Of a stretch of 64,000 bases of DNA, positions 54,502-64,000 are shown piece after piece. Both the position numbers and the translations under genes were made by a program. Below the pieces are notes generated by a model. The model made no database searches. It was not told the origin of the DNA and saw only the letters and a list, made by a program, of their open reading frames with translations. Origin of the DNA: Octopus vulgaris (lineage: Eukaryota); the NCBI GenBank assembly GCA_951406725.2, contig OX597831.1:36084001-36148000 (forward strand), given 5' to 3'. The stretch's first letter is position 1; every line of letters begins with the position of its first letter.

Positions 54502-54538
54502 TATATCGACCGGTTTCGCTATCGCTATTCATGATATA
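54502..54538 (-). ncRNA. Minimal hammerhead motif with A3:U8 compensatory core
   Basis: tatatc ATGAATA gc-gata-gc GAAAC cg GTC gatata. 6-bp stem I, palindromic stem III ACCGGT, GUC triplet. Confidence 0.65.
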
Positions 54539-54799
54539 ATGTTTTATTTATTTGAATATGTGTTTTTTCTTAAGAAAACATTTTGTCTATGTTGTGTGTG
54601 ATGAAATTTACAAGTAGATAAATAAGGGAGCTAATTGGTTATCGTTATTATTGTTATTATTGTGGGTAAGGGAGACAACTGAGAGGGGAATATATATGTA
54701 CAGACAAAATCAAGTTTCGAAAATCTTGTTTAGTGATGGGATTTATGTACAGTGATGTAATCGTGAATTGAAATATCTAAAAAGATAAAAGTTGGTTAT

Positions 54800-55175
54800 G
54801 CGTGCATATTAAAAATTTCATATTCGCGTTGTAATGCTTTTCTTGTTTTGTTTTTTTTTAAGAGAAAATGCAACAGAGACTTGCAAAAACATTTGTGAAG
54901 TTTATGGTGATGATGATGTAGGTGAATCATCAGTTCGAAGGTGGTTTGCAAAATTTAAAGCTGGAGAGTTTAGCTTGGAAGATGACAATCACAGTGGAAC
55001 ACCTACAAAACTGGATGAAGATGTTTTGAAGATAAACATCGAAGAAAGCTCAAATATCACGACCGGAAAACTTGCAGACGATTTAGAAGTTTCTAAAAGT
55101 ACACTTCATGAAGTATGTCCCTTTTTTCATATAAAAAAAAAAGAAAAAAACGCTCAGAACTTTCCGAACAACCTA
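54800..55175 (+). pseudogene. Internally deleted mariner: N-terminal HTH region fused to the right TIR
   Basis: NATETCKNICEVYGDDDVGESSVRRWFAKFKAGEFSLEDDNHSG...TTGKLADDLEVSKSTLH, followed by TIR-like cagaactttccgaacaacctaa. Confidence 0.85.
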
Positions 55176-55834
55176 AGAGTTGTCGTATTTCTGCTGAATT
55201 CACCGCCCTTGATTCAATTGATTTGGAAGTAATAAAGAATTTAATAAAATAAATTCGTCACTATTACGTTGGTATTCAGAGCATAAATTTAATGGAAGGA
55301 TTTAATTTAGATCACCTTAAAAGAAGTTTGTATTATAGAAACAGACCGGTTTGATATCAAAAGCATCAACGTGGGAGAACATATTACAATATTTTTGAAT
55401 GGTTACCTGCAAAAATATTCTCCCATCTCTGTCCAGTTACTGGATTCGTCAAAAATAACAGTCAGGTTACCATCAAATTGTATTTCACCGCTTTGAAAAG
55501 AATATATTGGATATGTGCCTTAAGAAATGACGTTATGGTCATGAATTGATAGTCTGTCTCTTCAGGTTTGTACGAGCAGCGCAGTTCTGTGACTAAATGA
55601 CGACTGCAACAACAAAAGTAACAGAATTGTATAAAACTTTCATATTTATAATGATATTTTCAATTTAGAATTTATTGTCTGATTTTTGAGAAGCTTTTGG
55701 CGAAATGGGATTTAATAGTTGCAGAAAATATATTTTTCCCTATTTCAAATTATTAACGCATAATTAGAATCCAAAGAGACTTGTCGGGGTTTTCCATCGG
55801 AAAAATTTGTACTATTGAGAAATTTAATTCTCTT

Positions 55835-56480
55835 TTAATCGACATTTCTAAAACAAGTGAGAATTAACAAAAAAAAAACAAAAAAAAAACAAAGGACGAA
55901 GACACGTGTGTAAACAACAAACAGATATATTAGTTTAATGCTCGAGAAGTGGGAAAGTCTTTTACATTTCGAGCCTACGCTCTTCAACAGAAAGGAACAC
56001 AGAAATAAACAGGGAGAGAAAATTAAAAAAAAGAAAGGTTTAGTGGCTAGCGATTTATCATGGCGAATGCCGGACAGAGGGGTAAAAACAGAGTAAGAAG
56101 AAACGATAAATGGAAAAAGCAGAAAGTCCAAAAAAGTTTAGAAAAGTTCAAAAGGTTCAAACGTCGTGGTGTATTGGAGCGACTTCTCATCAATGGAAAA
56201 GTCCAGTCTAATCCATGGGTAGGAGAGGTGCAGCGTAAGTGTAGGAGTTCGAGTGTAGGAGAGTAGAAATTTCAGGTAGAGAATCCAGGTAGAATAGTCC
56301 GAAATGTAGAAGGTGTATAAAATCCAAGAAAAGTTCGAAGTGTTGTGAGGTAGAGACAGAATGAAACTGGTGCGATCACGTGAGCGTGTAATATATAGTG
56401 AGAATTTACAGAAAAACAAAAGACGAAGACGTGTGTGTAAACAACAAACAGGTCTATTGGTTTAACGCACAAGAAGTGAG
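55835..56480 (-). mobile_element. Same short-repeat family; HHR-like motif at 55959-55994 and a second partial direct copy at ~56397-56480
   Basis: cttt CTGTTGA a gagc-gtag-gctc GAAAT GTA aaag. The block gtgagaatt..acgaagac..gtgtgtaaacaacaaacag occurs twice. Confidence 0.6.
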
Positions 56481-56804
56481 TTTGCTGTTGTAATGTTCAA
56501 CAGACAGAAATGTTTAATATGATATACATACATCAAATATTTCAGAATAATACACACACGCTCTCACACTGATGCGCACACATCTTGTCACAGATTCCGA
56601 CATTATATCGAATGTCTTTACAAAGAAGGTAGGTCGTGATTTAATGGCAGCAGTTTGGTGACAAATCAAGCTCGCATAAAGCTCCCTATGTTTGCTTGTC
56701 TTTTTATCGTTGTCTTCTTCAGCCAGAAACGAAACCCATTCCATCATTCTCTAGTGATTATTTGCCATATAACAGTTATAATTATACAGTAAATAGCCAT
56801 TAAG

Positions 56805-57221
56805 GGGTCTTTTCGGTTTGAACGGCAGTTTTTAAAAAATAATTTCCACGTAACTAAACACTTTTAAACTTCGTATACTATTAGAATGTGTTTATAAAGC
56901 ATCTTTTTTCTTGGCTTTATTGAGAAAATTCTATAGATTGTAAGATATTTGTTGTTTTTTTTCTTTAATTTCTGCAATTTCAACCAATCAATGACGTCTA
57001 TTTGAGGTGAAAACATTCTGTGCTGTATGAATATGTCCCTCATTTAAGAAACAAATTGGGTTTATTTACATTTCTGAAGAAAAAAGATACCCTTCCTCCC
57101 ACCCCTAACCCTAACCCTAAAACAGATTGAAATGCAATAGATCGATACTAGGGTCATAATTATGGGTGACAATTTCATATGACACCGCTAGAAAAAACTG
57201 CCGTTCAAACCGAAAAGATCT
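56805..57221. mobile_element. ~420 bp MITE with ~28 bp TIRs and internal CCCTAA repeats
   Basis: TIR G(G/A)TCTTTTCGGTTTGAACGGCAGTTTTT at both ends, flanked by an 8-bp direct repeat CCATTAAG (56797-56804, 57222-57229). Confidence 0.88.
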
Positions 57222-57454
57222 CCATTAAGAAAAGATATGGAACCAAATTTCAAATATTCACTCGAGTTTTACAACCCTTTTTTTCTCTACAAATTCTAAA
57301 TTTTTAAAAGGGTAATGTACACCACAGTTGCATATTATTATATTAGTAAACAAAAATATAATAGAGGCTACAATCTACGAAGAAACAAGCAAGAGTGAAC
57401 GCCTAAATTGTACTAGTAAAGGCAGAAATGTAACATTAAAAATGAATTATTCTC

Positions 57455-57609
57455 GTTGTGGCTGTGTGGCAAGTAGCTTGCTTACTAACCACATGGTTCC
57501 GGATTCAGTCGCTCTGCGTGGCACCTTGGGCAAATGTCTTCTACTATAGCCTCGGACCAACCAAAGCCTTGTGAGTGGATTTAGTAGACGGAAACTGAAA
57601 GAAGCCCGT

Positions 57610-57682
<73 letters not shown>

Positions 57683-57900
57683 AGAGATGTATGTATATGT
57701 TTGTGCGTCTGGATTTGTCCCCCAACATCGATTTACAGCCATTGCTGGTGTGTTTACGTCCCCGTAACTTAGCGGTTCGGCAAAAGAGACCGAGAGAATA
57801 AGTACTAGGCTTACAAAGACTAAGTCCTGGGGTCTATTTGATCGACTAAAGGCGATGCTCCAGCATGGCCGCAGTCAAATGGCTGAAACAAATAAAAGAA
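57455..57900 (+). mobile_element. tRNA-derived SINE, family A
   Basis: Full-length match to the family. Confidence 0.88.
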
Positions 57901-58952
57901 TCAAAGAACGTCTTCAGCCACGATATGTACTTACCTCTTATTTTATCTTAATGACCGTTAGTTTTATTATGTATAATGCAATTATTTCTATTGATAAAAT
58001 TTAATATGTTAATTATGTTACCTCTCCATCACCTCAACGCCCATTAATGTCTATTGCCCACTTAGACATTCCCAGTGCTCCCTTGAGGGTGGTAGCACGC
58101 ACGTTGAGAAACTCTGATATAACTGAAGCAAAATAAGTTTTTATTTTTTGTTGGTGGGGACTGCGAATTGGGCTGCTTACAAGAGCTTATTCTCGTCCTT
58201 CAGTTTCCATCATTCCATACTTATACCGAAAGAAAAATAATCCTTCTCAATGCCATTTTCAAGAATAAGGGGGAAAAAAAATTATGCGAAAGAAAAGAAC
58301 GTCGGTTAATAAGAAGTTTAATGCATAAGGTGAAATAAGAAGAAAAAAAGAGAAGTGGGGAATAAGAAAAACGAAGAAAACAACATGAAGAAATTTGATG
58401 CTGATGAAAGTAAGAGAGCATACAGGAAAATAAGATATGAGGATGATGGGGATGATGAACATGATGACCATGATGATGATGATGACGATGACGGGGATCG
58501 TAGTGGTGGTAGTATCGTTGTAGGTGACGGTAAAATCAAGAAAAACATACGGAAGAAAAAAGGCAGAGGATTAATGTAAAATATGAAGCATAGGAATGGT
58601 AAGAAAATGGAGAAAATAAAGAGCAGGAAAAGAAGAAGAAGATGAAGAAGAGAGGGAGTAGGAAGAGAGTCAGAAAAAAAAGTATAAAAGAAAGGAAAGA
58701 CGAGAATATGTGAGATCTATCTCCGGCAGCCATTTTTGTATGGAATCAGCTTCGTGATGTAGAAGGGAAACGTTCACTTAAATTGTCTGCAACTAATATT
58801 TTAAAACCTCAGCCGATTTTTCTCTAGGTGGTGAGAAATATGTCACAGTGGCTTTACCAAAGTCAGTTCGGCTTTTAACTAAAATTCGATGTAATATCAT
58901 TTTGTGGTGTATCAGCTTGTATATGTAACAGTGTGTGGTGCGTCTGAGAAAG

Positions 58953-59240
<288 letters not shown>

Positions 59241-59549
59241 AGAGAGAACGTGTGCGTGTGTGTGTGGAGTGTGTACATGTTTGAAACACCTAGTGTTGAA
59301 TATATACGAAGAGGAGGAGGAGGAGGAGAAGAGAACGAGAGAGAGAGAGAGAGAAGGATAGTAAACGATGTGGGGGAAAGGTGATTTGCAAAAAGGAGAA
59401 AAAGAATTAAAGGTAAATGGCATTTAGTTTCATATATCAGAGTTTAATCTTCAGATCTAATCGACTTTTCGATTGGAAGTTTATGTGTATGGACGTCAAA
59501 CGTATATAAGTAGGCATTTGTGAGTATTTATATGTACGAATCTACGTAA

Positions 59550-59612
<63 letters not shown>

Positions 59613-59622
59613 TGTGTATGTT

Positions 59623-59706
<84 letters not shown>

Positions 59707-59829
59707 GCACGTATGTATACATAACTGCAGGTGTGAATGTAATTGTTGAAAAAAGTGTAGGAGAGATAGTGAGTTGAAGCAAATCAATGTCACGAATAAG
59801 GCACACATTTATATACATATACGAATATA

Positions 59830-59891
<62 letters not shown>

Positions 59892-59914
59892 AACATACAT
59901 ACGTGTTGTATGCG

Positions 59915-60189
59915 TGACCCATAAGGGCTGATTTCCCGTTTTCAATGGCGTATAGGTTTCTCAGCCTGGACGGTACGCCGGCCTGTCGCAGTTGAACTGC
60001 AAGATGCAGGAAGAAATAGTCAGAGAAAGTTGTGGCGAAAAAGTCGGCAGAAGTTCGTCATTACCTTCTGTCGGAGCCGCGTGGAGCTTAGGTGCTTCGC
60101 TCATAAATACACACTTCGCCCAGTCTGAGATTCAGACACGCGAACCCTCGACCGCGAATCTGCTGCTTTAACAACTTGGCCATGTGCCT

Positions 60190-60192
<3 letters not shown>
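59915..60192 (-). mobile_element. tRNA-derived SINE, family C subfamily
   Basis: Matches 25470-25772. Confidence 0.82.
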
Positions 60193-60224
<32 letters not shown>

Positions 60225-60226
<2 letters not shown>

Positions 60227-60570
60227 CTATGAGAGGTAATGGTGTCAGTAAGACCCAAAGGTGTCAGGTAATGCTGAGGTAAGTGCTATGGATAGACCAC
60301 AGTTAAGCTCCAAGCTCGGTGATTATGCGAATGAGTCCAACATTTGTAGATCCATCATTTAGGCAGAATAGTATACATATGTATTCCACTTCACTCCCTA
60401 TTTAGTATCTTATCTAAATTAGCTATTGCATAACCATTTTCTCACACCGTCTCCGATGAAGGGATATAATAAATATCCTGGAAACAGCAGTAAGACCTTC
60501 TATTTATAAATGTTCTAAAATCTTCACAGCTTTGGTTTTTTTATCGCATTCTGAAAAAAACTTATATATA
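60225..60570. mobile_element. Short PLE-derived insertion, same family as 38655-39030
   Basis: Shares the tail segment and the HHR plus downstream sequence (ccttcta..tataaatg.tct...ttggttttttt) with the 38.7-39.0 kb copy. Confidence 0.65.
60449..60496 (+). ncRNA. Hammerhead-like motif (CCGAUGA core)
   Basis: gtct CCGATGA a gggata-taataaa-tatcct g GAAAC agca GTA agac. Confidence 0.62.
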
Positions 60571-60587
60571 TACACATGTTTGTATAG

Positions 60588-60621
<34 letters not shown>

Positions 60622-61779
60622 GAGAGATACGTAGCCAGATATTATGAATGGTTGAAAGCGAATTTTCAATTTTAATCGGAACTTATTTATCTCTACAATT
60701 ATTAAAGGGTGTGTAATTTATTAAATGATCATTCACATCACATTATCCATAAATATGTGTAAATAAAAAGAGAGACGTCAAAGAAAAAGAGCAGTGGGTA
60801 TTTTGATTTTCTCTGTTACAAGTACAATATCAAATATATAACTTGTCCAAAGCCACCTTGAATCTAGCTGCATCTTCTTATACTACAAGCGGGATCAGGT
60901 GGTCAAAGTACTTGATGGTTGCTACATATCAGACTGGGCGTCAAAATAACCTTGTGCATTTAGAGGTGAGACTGGAGATTTGGTAATTCGCTCATAAGTG
61001 TTAGTGATAGCAAGGGTACAATCGCCTTTGCGAAAGCTCCACTGTTTCATGAATAACATTACTGTCCTTATCGTCTAAGTGTGAGAATATCTTGAGTTAA
61101 AACGGAAAGAGAAAGTGAAGGAAAAAAGTGGGGGTTGTAGCCGAAAGAAAAGGGTGTAAGAATAAGAAAATTGCTGCACAAAGAAGGGAAGGAGGCAGAA
61201 GTGTGTGTGTGTGTGGGAGGTGGGGTGTACAATATGGTTGTCATCGAAGGAGAAGAAGGTTAAAGGAAGTTGAAGAAAAATTAAAAGTGAGAAGTAGAGG
61301 GGAGAGAAGGAAAATCCCTGAAGATATTAGCAAAGTGGAAAGTAAGAAGTGTGAAAGACGAAAACAGAATGAAAAGGAGGAGGGAGATGGAATGAAGAGA
61401 AGGATATAGATAAGAAGATGATAGAAGTCAAAAGAAAGAATAACACGGAAAACAAGAACACGAAGAGGGACATTAAGACCACCAAGAAGAACATGCAGAA
61501 GAAAACAAAATAAAAAAGAAAGAAGACATAAGGCAAAAGTATCAGATGAAGGAGGGAGAAAAAAATGAAGAAGAAACGAAAAAGGTAAGATTAAATGAAT
61601 TAACAGATGTATCTGACTTTGGCAAAATGACTTGTCTTTCTTGCTTCATGAAGATAATAACATTGGAATGATGATATAAGATTTGATTTGAACTCAATGC
61701 AAAGTACTTGATGAGAATTGTTTGATTAGGCATCATTAACTATGTTGGTTGCCATGAAGGGATAACTACAGAAAATGTA

Positions 61780-61811
<32 letters not shown>

Positions 61812-61814
<3 letters not shown>

Positions 61815-62251
61815 TTCAGATGAATATGGTACTTAAGTTAAAGGCACCAGAATTTTATATGGTATTATCCATATAAATCAAATGGGGTGATTATAATCAG
61901 AATAAACAACAAGGATATCCAAAGTCGAGCAATCTTCAGCCACATATAGAATTTTTCAATTAAACGGACTATGCACATTCTTATACTAATTTCATTTGCC
62001 AACATTACAGAGAGGTTAATTTCATCATTAAGAACATGATGGTAGTATGTTCATTCTCCGTCTGTAGATTTTATCATTGAGTTCATTTTGTTATTTAGAG
62101 CTATCAGTGGGGAGGGATTTTTATTCTTGGTTGAATGGAAGAAGATTGCTCGACATTTTAAAACTAATGTAATACTTACAGTGTTTAATAAAATGAGGTA
62201 GCATGAAACAAATGTACTACTTTACCTTGGATATCCTTGTTGCTTATTTTC

Positions 62252-62257
<6 letters not shown>
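61812..62257. mobile_element. Fold-back insertion in (TA)n with split or decayed HHR halves
   Basis: 61892-61922 is inverted at 62227-62257, and gtcgagcaatcttc is inverted as gaagattgctcgac. The left arm (-) keeps gtgg CTGAAGA ttgct; the right arm keeps agcat GAAAC aaat GTA ctac. Confidence 0.55.
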
Positions 62258-62321
<64 letters not shown>

Positions 62322-62324
<3 letters not shown>

Positions 62325-62985
62325 GGTGCATTGAATAAACTGTCGTCTAAATTACGCAAAAATAAAAATAACACTCCTTTCTATTATAAGCAGAAAGCCT
62401 AGAAACTGGAGGGGAGGAAGAGGCCAGTCAATTAGATTGACCTCAGTACACAACTAGTACTTAATTTATCGACTCCGAAAGGATGAAAGACAAAGTCGAC
62501 ATCGGCGGAATTTGAAATCAGAACGTAGCGGCTGACAAACGCTTAGCATTTCGTCCGGCGCGTTAACGATTCTGCCAGCTCGCCGTCTTAATATGAAAAT
62601 AACATTGACATTGCATTTTAACAGATATATTTACCAACCTTACATAAAAATATCTTGAAATACTAAAGAGTAGTTTTATTCAATAAAATCGCCATTGGCT
62701 TCAACCATAGCTGCCAGACTACTTCGGAATCTACCGCAACTCTTCTGAATGGACTCCTTGTTTAAGTTAGTGAATGCTGCCATAATCCTAGCTTTTAATT
62801 CATCTTTGGTGTTACAAGGAGTTTTGCCAGTCTCTCGTTCAACTGTGCCTTACACAAAATAATCAAGAGGGTTTCAATCTGGGGTTTAGGTGGCCAGATG
62901 TGAGGGATGATGTGGCCGCAGAAATTGTCTGACAGCTATGACTGGGTTCTCCTGCTTATGTAGCATGATACTGAGTCCTGTTGCA
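62322..62985 (-). pseudogene. Tc1/mariner (maT/DD37D-like) transposase 3' remnant with a nested SINE
   Basis: Minus strand QQDSVSCYISRRTQ..IWPP..D*NPLDYFV*GTVERET...NTKDELKARIM...RFRSSLAAMVEANGDFIE*. End TA-CAGGGTG at 62322. Confidence 0.8.
62400..62590 (-). mobile_element. SINE family B, nested in the maT-like remnant
   Basis: Single unit; the transposon sequence resumes after it. Confidence 0.82.
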
Positions 62986-63014
62986 ACATATATATAATGA
63001 TGATAATAAAAATG

Positions 63015-63257
63015 GATGTCTGTGTGTGTGTGTGTGTGTCATTTTTCAATATGTGACCGCGCGTGTATCGTTGGCGATTTTCTTTCTCCGTCCTCCCTTC
63101 CTTGGACTTTTTTCCTTTTTTCTATATTTCTGACGAAGAGCCCCACTCGAAATGTTAAATCCTCCTTCTTTCTTCCCTTTTCTGAGCATCCAATAACACT
63201 ATACTTGTTCCACGTCCTCGCGTTGTAGTGTTTTCTCTTTGTTCATATTTGGATTAG

Positions 63258-63260
<3 letters not shown>
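63015..63260 (+). mobile_element. Short repeat with minimal HHR motif at 63126-63160
   Basis: attt CTGACGA a gag-cccca-ctc GAAAT GTT aaat; canonical CUGANGA; ends in (TA)n. Confidence 0.6.
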
Positions 63261-63331
<71 letters not shown>

Positions 63332-63554
63332 ATCAATGGGTCTAACAACTAATCATGTGAAGCGAATAAGCAACTTTGCTGTATAGGCTGTAGAGGCGAC
63401 TCTACATCAGACTCAACTAATGGGAGGAAAACGTCATGGTCAGCAAACAAAAAATACCAGAGCAAAACTCGTATGGTAAAGTCTTTGGTGAGACGGAGTT
63501 GTCCCCCTTACCTCACTTCCAGCCTAGTCCACAACGACTTCGGAAGTTTGTAGC

Positions 63555-63609
<55 letters not shown>

Positions 63610-63654
63610 TATGTATATATATCAAACGGTCACAAAACAGTGATGACACGTAAA

Positions 63655-63942
63655 TTCGTGGTTAGGGTACTTGGCTCACGATCATGTGTTTGATTCTTGG
63701 TGGCGTGTTGTGTCTTGGAGGAACAGACTTTAATTCACGTTGCTCCAGTACACTCAGCTGGCAACAATGAGTAGAACCTGTAATTCAAAGGGCCAGCCTT
63801 GTCACATTCTCTGTCATGCTGAATTGCCCTACGTTAAGGGTCAGCGTGTCTGTGGAGTGCTCAGCCAGATGTACCTTAATTTTACGAACAGGCTGTTCCC
63901 GTTGATCGGGCCCTCACCGTCGTAACCAACGAAGTGCCAGTT
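63655..63942 (+). mobile_element. tRNA-derived SINE (TTGCTCCAGT.CACTCAGCTGGC core)
   Basis: Core shared with 1-180 and 13525-13715. Confidence 0.75.
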
Positions 63943-64000
63943 TTAGTCACAAGGCCACATAGGTGATAAAACTTTTAATCAGTACTTAGTTGACTCTTAG

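Noticed and set aside
58259-58733. Hydrophobic or acidic ORFs on both strands (also 61128-61536, 9045-9368)
   Set aside because: They come from purine/pyrimidine-skewed low-complexity tracts with no domain signature.

Overview
AT-rich animal genomic DNA packed with repeats, most likely coleoid cephalopod (Octopus-like). That assignment is inferred from the SINE families and the dense (TA)n/(CA)n/(TATC)n/(TACA)n microsatellites. Most ORFs in the supplied track are microsatellite or SINE artefacts, and no host gene can be called with confidence; there are only a few candidate exons near 3.6-15.4 kb. The main feature is a ~7 kb, 5'-truncated Penelope-like retroelement (PLE) on the minus strand at ~44050-51088. 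It has an RT plus GIY-YIG ORF broken by one homopolymer frameshift, ~1 kb inverted pseudo-LTRs each carrying a canonical minimal hammerhead ribozyme (HHR), and a ~4 kb 3' region that folds back on itself. In the one segment aligned base by base, most fold-back mismatches are G.U wobbles on the element's sense RNA, which suggests fixed A-to-I hyper-editing or a selected RNA structure. The window also holds about a dozen more minimal HHR or HHR-like motifs, including compensatory 3:8 core variants, in short elements that are often fold-back and sit in (TA)n. Three tRNA-derived SINE families, two MITE families and decayed Tc1/mariner, hAT, RTE and possibly Helitron fragments make up the rest. All alignments and counts were done by eye; repeat boundaries are approximate.
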